This document shows, in pieces, positions 49,875-60,118 of a DNA stretch of 64,000 nucleotides. This DNA comes from a bacterium (GTDB taxonomy: Bacteria > JAAXHH01), in contig OZ241838.1 of the NCBI GenBank assembly GCA_965202605.1, forward strand, positions 905,431-969,430, written 5' to 3'. The translations under genes and the position numbers were made by a program. The notes beneath the pieces were generated by a model. The model was not told where the DNA came from, did no database searches, and saw only the letters and a program-made list of their open reading frames with translations. The first letter of the stretch is position 1, and the number at the start of each line of letters is the position of its first letter.

Positions 49875-51455
49875 TCATGCCTCGATCTCGAGCGGTTCAG
49901 CTGCCTCGATTTCAAGCTGCATGCCAAAGGATTCCTCAAACAGCTGAACGCGGTTGCGTGCTTCGGACAACTCCACGGTAATGTCCCGGTCTTCCCGGGC
50001 AAGGACCTTCATAAGCACGTTTTTGCCTTCTGTCTCAAGGCGAACGTCAGCTACGATCTGTGCCCGGCTCCGGTCCAGGTATTCGGACAAACGCAATAAA
50101 GAGGAAAGGCGGTACACCATGGCCAGGTCTTCCTTTTTCAACATGGCGTGGTACCGGGAGAAGTCCGGCTTTCCCCGTCGGTGATTGAGGCAGAGCCAGG
50201 CGATGATCACGACCTCGCGGTGATCAAATCCGGGCAGGCCCGCATTTACGATGACGTAGGCCGAATGCTTGTGATGGTCGTAGTAATCGATCACCGTTCC
50301 AATATCGTGCAGCATGGCCGCCGCCCACAGGTACTCCCGTTCGCGCGTACCGTATCCGTGTCGCTCCTTGAGCTGATCGAACATGGAGAGCGCGAGATGG
50401 GCGACGTGCGCGGTATGGGGGCCTTCGTAACCATAGAGCCGGGCCAGGTTCAGGATGGTGAACCGGCGCAGTTGGCCGATACTGTTGGGCCTCGAGGCAG
50501 GCTTGAACGCTTCCTCGAAGAACAGCCCTTCGCGCAGTCCCTGGCCGCTTACAATCAGCCTCTGGGCGCCGGTCTTCCGCATCACGCCCGCCACGACCAT
50601 GGCGCCGGCGAGTATGATATCCTCCCGGTCGCGCTGCAACCCCGGGATGCGCCGCGACCGCTCGGAAACGGGTGTGGAAGCGATGCGTTCGATGAGTTTA
50701 TCGAGCCGTCGCCGTTTCAACTCGTACCCATGCACGAGTCCGAGCGGATACTTCCGGTCCAGGCGGTCGATACGGACCAGGGCGCGAACGACGCCTCCGA
50801 CGCCGGCAATCGTGCCTGCGCCCTTGGTTTTAATCCATCCGATTCCGCCCAGCGCCTGGTCGATATCCTTATCAAGTCGTCTCATCTGGCCGGCTGAGAC
50901 TTTCGAATCCGGAAGGTACCGCTCGGTCGTCCGAACCGTACCAAAGGGCGTGGACGCGCCTTTCGTAAACGCGCCATCCCGGATAAGGCCGATTTCCGCG
51001 CTGCCGCCTCCAATGTCCAGAATGATGCCATTAAACACCCCCAGGCTATTGATCACGCCCACGGTGCTGTAGAACGCTTCCTCCTCGCCGCTGAGCAGCC
51101 GGAAGTTCAACCCGGCGACGCGGCCGATCTCCTCGAGGAAGCGTGGACCGTCCGCGGCGTCCCGCACGGCCGCGGTCGCGACGGGCAGAATCCGTTCAAT
51201 GCCCTGCGCGTCGCAGAACGACTTGAACATGCGGACCGCCTCCAGCGCACGGGTCCGCGCCCCGGCACGAAGCCTGTTCCCCCTGGCAATGCCTTCTCCC
51301 AGGCGGACCCGCCGGCTGACTTCGTCGGTTATTTTGAAGACCCGGTCTCGGGTATACTGGGCGATCATGAGCCGGGCGGTATTGGAACCCAGGTCGATTA
51401 CGGCGACGCGTTGATCGAGTGGTGCAAAGGAATACAATGCAGCCTCATACGACAC
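49875..51455 (-). CDS. ppx: Exopolyphosphatase / pppGpp phosphatase (Ppx/GppA) with HD domain
   Basis: VIDLGSNTARL, ATAAVRDA, DIGGGSAE, GLREG and LHDIG...HHKH. Confidence 0.92.
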   Translation of the reverse strand: MSYEAALYSFAPLDQRVAVIDLGSNTARLMIAQYTRDRVFKITDEVSRRVRLGEGIARGNRLRAGARTRALEAVRMFKSFCDAQGIERILPVATAAVRDAADGPRFLEEIGRVAGLNFRLLSGEEEAFYSTVGVINSLGVFNGIILDIGGGSAEIGLIRDGAFTKGASTPFGTVRTTERYLPDSKVSAGQMRRLDKDIDQALGGIGWIKTKGAGTIAGVGGVVRALVRIDRLDRKYPLGLVHGYELKRRRLDKLIERIASTPVSERSRRIPGLQRDREDIILAGAMVVAGVMRKTGAQRLIVSGQGLREGLFFEEAFKPASRPNSIGQLRRFTILNLARLYGYEGPHTAHVAHLALSMFDQLKERHGYGTREREYLWAAAMLHDIGTVIDYYDHHKHSAYVIVNAGLPGFDHREVVIIAWLCLNHRRGKPDFSRYHAMLKKEDLAMVYRLSSLLRLSEYLDRSRAQIVADVRLETEGKNVLMKVLAREDRDITVELSEARNRVQLFEESFGMQLEIEAAEPLEIEA

Positions 51456-52386
51456 TGCTGGGCAGGGGCCGGCCGGCCAGCCCCGCCCTGAGATTGTCCA
51501 CCGTCAGGCGGGCCATCGCGTGGCGCGTGCGCGCGGTCGCGCTGCCCAGGTGCGGTGCGATGACCAGGTTGTCCAGCGTGAGCAGGGGATGGTCTCTCGG
51601 CAGGGGTTCGGGTTCGGTGACGTCCAGCGCCGCCCCGGCGATCCAATCGTTGCGCAGGGCGTGGTAGAGGGCTTCGTGATCCACGACACCGCCCCGTGCA
51701 AGATTGATCAGGATGGCCGTCTTCTTCATGCGTTTCAGCGCGGCTTCGTCGATCAGACCCCTGGTTTCATCGGTAAGCGGGCAGTTCAAAGTGACGAAAT
51801 CCGATATCTCGAGCAGCGACTCCAGCGAAACGTACCGTGCCTTGTATTGGTGGTCGTCGGGATCCCGCCTGCGGTTGTGATAGACGATCTCCATATCGAA
51901 CCCATTGGCTCTTTTGGCGACCTGCTTCCCGATGCTGCCCATGCCAATGATGCCGAGCGTGCTGCCATGCACTTCGTATCCGTGAAGTATACTCGGGTCG
52001 TAATCGGTGAATTCGGCGCTGCGGGCGAACCGGTCGCCGACGACAACGCGCCGCGCGGCCGCCATCAGGAGGGTAAAGGTCATGTCCGCCGTGGCGCCGT
52101 CCAGCAGGTTCGGCGTATTGCCGACGGGTATGCCCCGCTCCCGGGCCGCCTCCGTGTCTATGTGGTCGACGCCGACCCCGAAGTTGCTGACGACCTTCAG
52201 GTTCGGCATGCGGTCCATTATCTCTCCGTCCGTCGGGGGATGGCCATAAGTCAAATAAGCGTCGATCAACCTCCACCGTGCATCCTCTTCCGTCAGATCG
52301 GCAAGCAGGTGAAATTCGTCCTCCTGTTCGAAAAGATCCAGTACGGAAGGAGGAAGGGGTACATCCAGCAAGATGTGACTGCCCAT
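51445..52386 (-). CDS. D-2-hydroxyacid dehydrogenase (glyoxylate/hydroxypyruvate reductase-like)
   Basis: GVGVDHID, GIIGMGSIG, INLARGG, LDVTEPEP and PHLGSAT. Confidence 0.9.
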   Translation of the reverse strand: MGSHILLDVPLPPSVLDLFEQEDEFHLLADLTEEDARWRLIDAYLTYGHPPTDGEIMDRMPNLKVVSNFGVGVDHIDTEAARERGIPVGNTPNLLDGATADMTFTLLMAAARRVVVGDRFARSAEFTDYDPSILHGYEVHGSTLGIIGMGSIGKQVAKRANGFDMEIVYHNRRRDPDDHQYKARYVSLESLLEISDFVTLNCPLTDETRGLIDEAALKRMKKTAILINLARGGVVDHEALYHALRNDWIAGAALDVTEPEPLPRDHPLLTLDNLVIAPHLGSATARTRHAMARLTVDNLRAGLAGRPLPSSVV

Positions 52387-52445
52387 GGAGGTTCCTTTAT
52401 CACGCGAATTTCAGACAGCCGGGGAGACTGTTCCGATCGATGAGA

Positions 52446-53402
52446 CTACCTGACGGCCGATTCGTCTATGGTGAGGCTGCCGGCATCCCCGTCAAGCGTA
52501 GCCTGTACGCCCTGGGGCAGGGTCGCCTTGTAGGTTCCGTGTCCTATGCCGAGGCCATAAATTACGGGAACTCCAAGCGGTTGAAGCCGGTCCAGGAACA
52601 CCTCTTCAATACTGAAATTGCCATAGGGGAAAGAGGGGTTGTTCGGCGCGCTGCCGCATCCGGCGCATTCGCCGATTACGACACCGGAAACGCGCTTCAG
52701 CCTGCCGGCCTGCAGCAGCTGGGTCAGCATCCGGTCGATCCGGTGAGGTTCCTCGCCCACGTCCTCGAAAAACAGGATGGCGCCGTCGTATTCAAACTCG
52801 TACGGCGTTCCTACCGCGGCGGCAAGCAATGAAAGCGTGCCCCCGATCAGCGGTCCGCTGGCCTCTCCGCCGCGAATAACCTGCACCGGGGGCAGGTCGT
52901 CCGGATGGGCTATCGTCCCTATGGCAGCCGTTCCTGAAACCGCCTTCATAAAGGCATCCCGGTTGTACGGATGGAAACCCGGGCTCATGTCGGAAGAGAC
53001 CATGGGCCCCCAGAAGGTGACCATCCCGGTTTTCCGGCGTATGGCCCCGTGAAGCGCCGTGATGTCGCTGTACCCGACAAATACCTTGGGGTGCGCCTTG
53101 ATGGTGTCGAAATCCATCTGCGGCAGCATGCGAACGGACCCGTACCCGCCGCGCAGGCACACGATCCCGTGGACCTCCGGATCGGCAAACATGCTTTCGA
53201 GATCGGCCAGGCGGTCGTCGTCCCGGCCGGCAAGAAATCCGTGACGATCCGTCAGGTGCGGCGCGGTTACCGTGCGGAATCCCAGGGCTTCGAGGGAACG
53301 ACGGCCGTTCCGCAGGGCGCTCGGGAGAGCGGAGTGACTGGCCGGGGCGACGATCCCGATCGTATCGCCCTTTTTCAGTGCCGGCGGTTTCAGTTTGTCC
53401 AT
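52446..53402 (-). CDS. LD-carboxypeptidase (peptidase S66, LdcA/MccF family)
   Basis: RGGYGS, GYSDIT, GGTL, FFEDVGE and GHG. Confidence 0.9.
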   Translation of the reverse strand: MDKLKPPALKKGDTIGIVAPASHSALPSALRNGRRSLEALGFRTVTAPHLTDRHGFLAGRDDDRLADLESMFADPEVHGIVCLRGGYGSVRMLPQMDFDTIKAHPKVFVGYSDITALHGAIRRKTGMVTFWGPMVSSDMSPGFHPYNRDAFMKAVSGTAAIGTIAHPDDLPPVQVIRGGEASGPLIGGTLSLLAAAVGTPYEFEYDGAILFFEDVGEEPHRIDRMLTQLLQAGRLKRVSGVVIGECAGCGSAPNNPSFPYGNFSIEEVFLDRLQPLGVPVIYGLGIGHGTYKATLPQGVQATLDGDAGSLTIDESAVR

Positions 53403-53410
53403 GCTTGACT

Positions 53411-53438
53411 AATATAGATTGGCTGGTATTGCCGTCAA
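53411..53438 (-). promoter_or_regulatory. Putative sigma70 promoter for the S66 peptidase operon
   Basis: Minus-strand TTGACG-N16-TATATT, 8 nt before the ATG, with no SD. Confidence 0.4.
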
Positions 53439-53515
53439 CCTCTTTGCCCGCAGGTTTTGGCCCGTGCGAAATCTGTTGTCAACCCCGTTTTCAGACGTAT
53501 TTTGGAGCGGAAAGA

Positions 53516-53545
53516 TTGAATAAATCGTCCTGGAATGTGTATACT
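53516..53545 (+). promoter_or_regulatory. Putative sigma70 promoter for the GMC operon
   Basis: TTGAAT-N18-TATACT. Confidence 0.45.
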
Positions 53546-53598
53546 TTCCCGATGCGCGTTCGAACTTGGAAAACGCCTGAACCGGGAGTCTGGAAGAC

Positions 53599-54279
53599 AT
53601 GAAACACAAGCCGTTTTCGCGTCGGTCCTTTCTGGCCAATTTCGCGCGGGCAACTGGTGGTGTGATCACACTCGGCGTGTTGTCCCGGACCGGCTTGCTC
53701 GACGCCCAGGAATCCCTCCCCTTCGAATACACCTGGCAGAACCTGGACGCCCGACAGGGGCGTACCGTGGACGCCCTGACCCGCATGATCATGCCGTCGG
53801 ACGAAAACGGTCCCGGCGCGGCGGAAGCTCGCGTAATCGTTTACATCGACCGGGCCCTCGGCGCCCACCGGGCCGATTACAGGGAGTCCTACGTCTCGGG
53901 CCTGGCCGCTTTCGATCAGTACTGCCTGAATGCGCTTGAATCCACTTTCCTGGATCTGGATGCCCGCGGCAGGCGCAGGGCCCTCATGGGAATCGACCGG
54001 GCCAGATCCCCGCGGACCTGGCCGCAGGATGCCCCCATGGGCGCACGGGAGTTTCTTCGCATGGTGGCCACGCATACCATGGAGGGCATGTTCAGCGATC
54101 CGGTTTACGGCGGCAACTACCGCGAGGCAGGCTGGAAACTGATCCGGTTTCCCGGCCGTGCGCCTTTCGGCTACGATCCTCCGTTCAGCGAATTCGACAT
54201 GACCATTCCGGAGATCGAATATCCCGAGTGGAAGCCCTACGACGGCCCCATGAAGAGCCGGATCATCGGCGAGGAATAG
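53599..54279 (+). CDS. Gluconate 2-dehydrogenase subunit 3 family protein (Tat-exported)
   Basis: SRRSFL Tat motif; PGAAEARVIVYID and EGMFSDPVYGGN...GWKLIRFPG. Confidence 0.88.
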   Translation: MKHKPFSRRSFLANFARATGGVITLGVLSRTGLLDAQESLPFEYTWQNLDARQGRTVDALTRMIMPSDENGPGAAEARVIVYIDRALGAHRADYRESYVSGLAAFDQYCLNALESTFLDLDARGRRRALMGIDRARSPRTWPQDAPMGAREFLRMVATHTMEGMFSDPVYGGNYREAGWKLIRFPGRAPFGYDPPFSEFDMTIPEIEYPEWKPYDGPMKSRIIGEE

Positions 54280-54297
54280 TTCCGGAGCCCCCACCCC

Positions 54298-55962
54298 ATG
54301 TCTCTGCCCAATCCCCGAATAAGAAGACCGGACGTCATCGTCATCGGTACCGGTGCGGCCGGCGCGGTATTGGCGAAGGAATTGAGCACGAAGGGACTGA
54401 AGGTGGTCGCCATGGAAATGGGCTCCTTCCGGAAGACGCGTCATTTCGACCAGGACGAGCTCATGGCGATGCATCCCGCCGACAACCTGCCAGGCTATCC
54501 CAACATCTATCGTCACGACCAGCCCAATACCTACCGGCAGTCGGCGGGTGATCAGGCCGAAGAAGATCATGGCATTCACATGCAGAGCACGGTGGGGGGC
54601 AGCACGCTCCATTACACGGGCATATCCTGGCGGCTCCACGAGAACGATTTCAGGGAACGAAGCCTTTTCGGCGACCTGGACGGCGCGGACGTGCAGGACT
54701 GGCCCATCGACTACTGGGACCTCGAGCACTACTACGAAAAGGCTGAATACGAGATCGGCATCTCCGGCCTGGCGGGCGCGAACCCCTTCGATCCGCCGCG
54801 CCGCCGGCCCTACCCCATGCCGCCGGTGCCGCGGACCAGTTCGGGCGCCCTGGCCGATATGGCGGCCCAGAAACTCGGCTGGCATTCCTATCCGGCGCCC
54901 CTGGCCATCAACTCGCGGGAATACGGCGGGCGGCCGCCGGTCATGAACTGCGGGTTCTGTGAAAGCTACGTCTGTACCATCGGCGCGCGGTCCAGCATGC
55001 TGGTCACCATGATACCCCAGGCGCTGAGATCGGGCAACTGCCAGATACGGACCGACGCCTGCGTGCGGGAGATCGTGGTCGACGAGGACGGCAGGGCCGA
55101 GGGCGTCATCTATCTCGACAAGGATCTTCGGGAGCATCGCCTGGAAGCCCGCGCGGTGATCGTTTGCTGCAACGGCGTCCATACGCCCCGTCTGCTGCTC
55201 ATGTCCAAATCGAATCTCTTTCCGGACGGCCTGGCCAACAGCAGCGGCAAGGTGGGCAAGCACCTGATGTTCAATTACTACCAGTCCGCCCGCGGCTTCT
55301 TCGAAAAGGACCTCAACGAGTACAAAGGGGTCATGGATTCCCGGATCATACAGGATTTCTACGACCCGGACCCGGACAAGTACGGCTTCTTCGGCGGAGG
55401 CGTACTCGAACCCCGGGGCGACGGCGAAACCATCTCATTCGCCAACCTGAACATGCCGCGCCTTCGCAGGTGGGGCGCACGCCGCAAGAAGTGGATCATG
55501 GACAACTACACCCGGTACATGGTCGCCCTGACCAGCATGCAGTCTATGTCCCAGGAGTCCAACACGATCGACCTGGACCCCGACGTGAAGGACAAGTGGG
55601 GCCTGCCCGTCCCGCGGGTGACCTACAACGTGCATCCGAACGAGCATAAACTCGGGGACTTTTTCCGGGACCGCGCCCGCGAATTACTGGACTCCGCCGG
55701 GGCCCACGGGATTGTCGCCTCGCCGAATTTCGTCCCCCACGGCGACGCCCATCTCATGGGTACCTGCCGCATGGGCAACGACCCGGCGACTTCGGTGGTA
55801 AACAAGTTCAACCAGGCGCACGACGTGGACAACCTGTTCATCGTCGACGGTTCGTCTTTTGTCACCAGCGGTAAAAGCAACCCTACGCTGACGATTCAGG
55901 CGCTGGCGTTTCGTTGTGCCGACTACATCATCACCCAGATGGCACGGCTCAATATCCGGTAA
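54298..55962 (+). CDS. GMC family oxidoreductase (gluconate dehydrogenase flavoprotein-like)
   Basis: IGTGAAG, VGGSTLHY, GLANSSGKVGK, HLMGTCRMG and NPTLTIQALA. Confidence 0.92.
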   Translation: MSLPNPRIRRPDVIVIGTGAAGAVLAKELSTKGLKVVAMEMGSFRKTRHFDQDELMAMHPADNLPGYPNIYRHDQPNTYRQSAGDQAEEDHGIHMQSTVGGSTLHYTGISWRLHENDFRERSLFGDLDGADVQDWPIDYWDLEHYYEKAEYEIGISGLAGANPFDPPRRRPYPMPPVPRTSSGALADMAAQKLGWHSYPAPLAINSREYGGRPPVMNCGFCESYVCTIGARSSMLVTMIPQALRSGNCQIRTDACVREIVVDEDGRAEGVIYLDKDLREHRLEARAVIVCCNGVHTPRLLLMSKSNLFPDGLANSSGKVGKHLMFNYYQSARGFFEKDLNEYKGVMDSRIIQDFYDPDPDKYGFFGGGVLEPRGDGETISFANLNMPRLRRWGARRKKWIMDNYTRYMVALTSMQSMSQESNTIDLDPDVKDKWGLPVPRVTYNVHPNEHKLGDFFRDRARELLDSAGAHGIVASPNFVPHGDAHLMGTCRMGNDPATSVVNKFNQAHDVDNLFIVDGSSFVTSGKSNPTLTIQALAFRCADYIITQMARLNIR

Positions 55963-56030
55963 TCTCATGCTGACGCGATTCGTGAAAGAGACTGAAATAC
56001 CGCAGGTAATCGCGGGTTCGAGGTTCAGAA

Positions 56031-56084
56031 CTATAGCAGGCGTATCACATTGTAGATCTATAACAGGCGTACATCATTGTCGAT
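56031..56084. repeat. Imperfect 27-bp tandem repeat upstream of the aminotransferase gene
   Basis: ctatagcaggcgtatcacattgtagat / ctataacaggcgtacatcattgtcgat, 22/27 identical. Confidence 0.75.
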
Positions 56085-56127
56085 GTTTATCGCATAGCAA
56101 GAAACCATTCTATTGGAGGCTCATACC

Positions 56128-57399
56128 ATGGGTTTCGGGAGTGTACTGAAGAACGGGTTTTCGCGGCGCCGTTTCATGAAAGGCGCATTGCTGGGCGCCG
56201 GCGCCGTGGCCACGGGTTCCGCCTGGGAAATCGCGCAGGCAATGGCGACCGGGAGGAAGGCCAGCGACGTTCACGGTTATGGTGTTGACCCGGGTTTTGT
56301 CAATATCGGTTCCAACGAGAATCCGCTCGGCGCCTCCCCCCGCGCCGTGGCCGCCATCGCCGAGAACCTGCACAAGATCAACCGGTACGATTTCGGGGTG
56401 GACCTGCCCGTGCGCCTCAACAAGGCCCACGGCGTGCCCGGTGTCGAGGACTTCGAGCTGAGTTTCGAAGACATGAGATCCTTCATGCGGTTCAGGGAAT
56501 TGAATCGCGTGATGGTCACCCCCGGCTCCGGCCCCATACTGCAGGCGCTGGCCGTCATCGCCGCGGGCAACGGCGGAGAGTGCATTGAGGCAGTTCCCGG
56601 ATACGGTTCGGTCTCACGGGGTTTCCAGAGTTTTCAGATGATGGGAAAGGACGTCGGTGTCGTCCGCGTACCCACGACGGCTGACTACGTCCACGATATC
56701 GAGGCCATGAAGGCGGCGATCACCCCGCGAACGTCCCTGATCGTCATCACCAATCCCAACAATCCCACCGGTACGATCGTGCCCTACGAAGACCTGGTGT
56801 CCCTCGTGGACGCTGCGCCCGAGCAGGCCATCGTGCTCATCGACGAGGCCTACATCCACTTCGTCCGGGATCCGGACTACCAGGATGCCGTGCAACTCGC
56901 CCTGGAGCGGGAGAATGTAGTCGTTGCCCGCACCTTTTCCAAGATCTACGGCCTGGCCGGCATGCGCATCGGTTACGCGGTCGCCAGCAAGCGCATGATG
57001 GACATGCTGATGGTGCACATGGGATTCTTCGGCGGCGGATTGAGCACCCTGGGCATGCACGCCGCGACCGCGGCCCTGGACGATCACGAATTCGTTGACC
57101 GTACGAAAAAGGTCGTGAGCGACGGCAAGGACTATCTGTCCGCCGAGTTCGACCGCCTGGGACTGGCTTACACGCCGAGCCACGGCAATTACATGATCGT
57201 GGACGTCAAGCGGGACAGCCGCAGGATGGGCGGAGCGCTTCGTGAACGCGGCGTGATGGTGCGGGGCGGTTCCGGGTACCGGACCAGGGAGGTCAATCTC
57301 CTGGGCAACCACCTGCGCGTAACCATCGGCAAGCCGGACGAACTGGAAGTCTTCGTGAACGAGTTGGAAGATATCCTCGGAGGCTTGAATCAGGGTTAG
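56128..57399 (+). CDS. HisC-like class I/II PLP aminotransferase with a Tat signal
   Basis: SRRRFMKGALLGAG signal; SNENPLG, NPNNPTG, IDEAY and RTFSKIYGLAGMRIGY. ATG 56128 after GGAGG. Confidence 0.88.
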   Translation: MGFGSVLKNGFSRRRFMKGALLGAGAVATGSAWEIAQAMATGRKASDVHGYGVDPGFVNIGSNENPLGASPRAVAAIAENLHKINRYDFGVDLPVRLNKAHGVPGVEDFELSFEDMRSFMRFRELNRVMVTPGSGPILQALAVIAAGNGGECIEAVPGYGSVSRGFQSFQMMGKDVGVVRVPTTADYVHDIEAMKAAITPRTSLIVITNPNNPTGTIVPYEDLVSLVDAAPEQAIVLIDEAYIHFVRDPDYQDAVQLALERENVVVARTFSKIYGLAGMRIGYAVASKRMMDMLMVHMGFFGGGLSTLGMHAATAALDDHEFVDRTKKVVSDGKDYLSAEFDRLGLAYTPSHGNYMIVDVKRDSRRMGGALRERGVMVRGGSGYRTREVNLLGNHLRVTIGKPDELEVFVNELEDILGGLNQG

Positions 57400-57425
57400 T
57401 CCGAGTGTTCGAGGCAAGCACGACT

Positions 57426-57464
57426 AAGCCCCGGTGGCCCGTACCGCCGGGGCTTTGCCTGTTT
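57426..57464 (+). terminator. Rho-independent terminator
   Basis: aagccccgg-tgg...ccg-ccggggctt stem followed by tgcctgttt. Confidence 0.7.
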
Positions 57465-57548
57465 ATGGGATCGGCCGTGAGTGAATCCAGGGCGTGTGCG
57501 ATTTCGTATTCAAATCGTCAGCGTTGACGACCATGGGAGAGCGAGGGC

Positions 57549-59342
57549 ATGTCATCAGACGAACTGGAAGCCGGGCGGATCCAGGGGAGCAATGGATCGG
57601 TGACACGCACCGCCGAAATCATTCGGCAGACTCTGTACCAGCGAAAGTACGCCGTTATCGCCGTGATCCTCATGATGCTCGCGGGATCGGCTGTCATGCT
57701 GGTCCAGCCCCTGTTCTTCAAGATGCTGTTTGACCGGGTGATCCCGGAATCGGACACCGGTCTCCTGTGGTGGCTGCTGGCGGGGATGGTGGCGACCCCC
57801 CTGGTGGCGATCGGAGTCTCCTACTTCGAGGGCCATCTCAGGGTCCGGATCGGGTATACGGTAACCCTGGCCCTGCGCAAGGCGGTTCTCAATCATCTGC
57901 TGCAAGTGAGGCTCGATGCCATCGAGAAGATACCCAGGGGCGGTATCGTCTATCGTGTAACACGGGATGCCGGCAAGATCGGCGACATGTATATAAAACA
58001 GGAATTGCTGCCCGTGGTTTCCAGCGCGATCGTGCTGGCCGGCGTGCTGGTCATGATGTTCCTGTTGAGCGTCGAACTGGCGGCCGTTTTCTGTGCCGCG
58101 TTGCCGGCGACGTATATCGTAACCCGGTACCTGACCCGCTATTCGAAGGAAATGGACCGCCAGACCAACGACCAGGGTAAGGTATCGGAGAGCTTTCTCT
58201 ACGAAGTATTCAACGCGTTTCGTACGATACGCATGTTCAATGGAGAGCAGCATGCCGCCACACGGTGGGCCGGCCACATGGACAGGCTCACCCGGATCAA
58301 GATACGGGGAGCGGCCCTCCACGATATCATGCTCACCTTCCCGAACGAAGTAATTAATGGACTGGTCCTTGGCGTGCTACTGGGATACGGCGCCTTCCAG
58401 GTCATGGACGGTGCGGCCACGATCGGCAGCCTCGTGGCGATAATGGCCTATGCGCCGCGGGCGTATGCCGCGCTGCGGACGGTGCTCACCACCTATACCG
58501 GCACGCGGCTGATCAGGGTCTCGGTCGATAGTCTGAACGAGCTGTTCGATCTTCCCAGGGAACCGGGTCTTCAAGATACATTCAGCCCTCGGCCAACCGG
58601 AACGGAACCGCCGGCCATCGAGTTTTCCGCCGTGGATTTCAGCTATGAACGGGGCTATGAGGTGAAGGACTTGTCGTTCAAGGTGAACGGAGGTGAATTC
58701 GTCGGCATCGTGGGCCCCAGCGGTGGGGGAAAGACCACGATTATCGATCTCCTGACCCGGTTACAGGAACCCGAAAGGGGCCGGATCGCCGTCGCCGGAC
58801 GGGACATTCGTGAGATTTCCCTTGTATCGCTCCGGAATCAGATCGCCGTGGTGTCCCAGGATGTATTCATCTGGAACGCCACAATCGCGGAGAACATCGC
58901 CTATCCCGAAACCGATTTCCGCCTGGAGCTTGTCGAGCGGGCCGTGCATTCTTCCGCGTTGGATGAATTCATACGAAATCAACCGGAGGGTCTTGATACG
59001 GTCGCCGGTGAGGGCGGAGTCGCGCTTTCGGGCGGAGAGAAACAGCGCATCGCCATGGCACGGGCTTTCATGCGCAACAATGCGAGGATTCTCATTCTCG
59101 ACGAGGCCACGTCCGCCCTGGACGCCCTGGCCGAAGAGAAGATTCGGATGTCCGTCGAAGAGGCAAGGATCGGCCGGACCACGCTTGTCATCGCCCATCG
59201 CCTCTCCACGATACGGCACGCGGACCGCATTCTGGTCATCGACGAAGGAAGGCTGGTCGAATCGGGCACGCCCAGGGAACTCGTGGACCGCGGTGGCATC
59301 TTCGCGAGAATGTACGAGGCCCAGGCGCTGGATTTCGAGTAG
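57549..59342 (+). CDS. ABC exporter, fused TMD + NBD (MsbA-like family)
   Basis: Six TM helices; GPSGGGKTT, LSGGEKQR, ILDEATSALD and IAHRLST. Confidence 0.9.
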   Translation: MSSDELEAGRIQGSNGSVTRTAEIIRQTLYQRKYAVIAVILMMLAGSAVMLVQPLFFKMLFDRVIPESDTGLLWWLLAGMVATPLVAIGVSYFEGHLRVRIGYTVTLALRKAVLNHLLQVRLDAIEKIPRGGIVYRVTRDAGKIGDMYIKQELLPVVSSAIVLAGVLVMMFLLSVELAAVFCAALPATYIVTRYLTRYSKEMDRQTNDQGKVSESFLYEVFNAFRTIRMFNGEQHAATRWAGHMDRLTRIKIRGAALHDIMLTFPNEVINGLVLGVLLGYGAFQVMDGAATIGSLVAIMAYAPRAYAALRTVLTTYTGTRLIRVSVDSLNELFDLPREPGLQDTFSPRPTGTEPPAIEFSAVDFSYERGYEVKDLSFKVNGGEFVGIVGPSGGGKTTIIDLLTRLQEPERGRIAVAGRDIREISLVSLRNQIAVVSQDVFIWNATIAENIAYPETDFRLELVERAVHSSALDEFIRNQPEGLDTVAGEGGVALSGGEKQRIAMARAFMRNNARILILDEATSALDALAEEKIRMSVEEARIGRTTLVIAHRLSTIRHADRILVIDEGRLVESGTPRELVDRGGIFARMYEAQALDFE

Positions 59343-59392
59343 TTTTACATGTAATACGAGATCTGATGTACCTGTATCGGTATACCGGCCAC

Positions 59393-60118
59393 CTAATTCG
59401 ACGGGCTTTCCAGAAACACCGTTACGCCCATGTCAACGTACTTCTGCCGCATGCTGGCCGGGTGGTTCCGGAAACACACCCGCGTATCCGATCCGGCGAG
59501 TTGTTCGACCACGTGGCGCACGCAGTCATCCACATCGCGGAAGGGATGTTGCGGGTGGGCCTCGATACTGTACATCAGATCGTTCGGGCCGAAGGACAGG
59601 CAGTCTACTCCCGGTCGGGCCAGTTTACGCGCGGCGGTAACCGCGGGGATCGATTCGAGCTGTATCATCAGCACGCCGTAGTCGTTCCACCATGCGGTGT
59701 ACTCCAGCCGATCGCCCCCGACTTCCGCCACTTTGCGCCGTGCTTCTCCTCCCCAGCTCCGCACGCCCTTCTGCGGGTAATAGAAGAAGTTGACCGCCTC
59801 ATCGACGGTTGACTCGGTCTCGACCTGGGGCACTTCAATCCCCGTCGGACCGAGGTCGAGCAGGTTGCCGACCAGGTAGCTGTGGTACGTATGCTTGATG
59901 CGGAACATGACGTCCATGTCCAGTCCATCGGCCTTGCCGCAGAATTCCACCAGGCGGTCTTCGCTGAAGGCACTGTGCTGGCCGTCCACCCAGAGGAAGT
60001 CGAATTCCCCGCTTTCGACCACCTTTTTCAACTGATCTTCGGTATGGGTCATCCCGACATTTGCGCCGATGACCTGTTCTCCTTTGCCGATGCGTTGTTT
60101 CAAGTTGCGTTCCGCCAT
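59393..60118 (-). CDS. HpcH/HpaI aldolase/citrate lyase family protein
   Basis: FDFLWVDGQHS, LLDLG...VPQVET, YYPQKGVRS, QLES and GPNDL. Confidence 0.8.
   Translation of the reverse strand: MAERNLKQRIGKGEQVIGANVGMTHTEDQLKKVVESGEFDFLWVDGQHSAFSEDRLVEFCGKADGLDMDVMFRIKHTYHSYLVGNLLDLGPTGIEVPQVETESTVDEAVNFFYYPQKGVRSWGGEARRKVAEVGGDRLEYTAWWNDYGVLMIQLESIPAVTAARKLARPGVDCLSFGPNDLMYSIEAHPQHPFRDVDDCVRHVVEQLAGSDTRVCFRNHPASMRQKYVDMGVTVFLESPSN

Noticed and set aside
52446-53402. Microcin C immunity gene (mccF)
   Set aside because: S66 family membership alone cannot separate MccF from LD-carboxypeptidase, and there is no microcin cluster.
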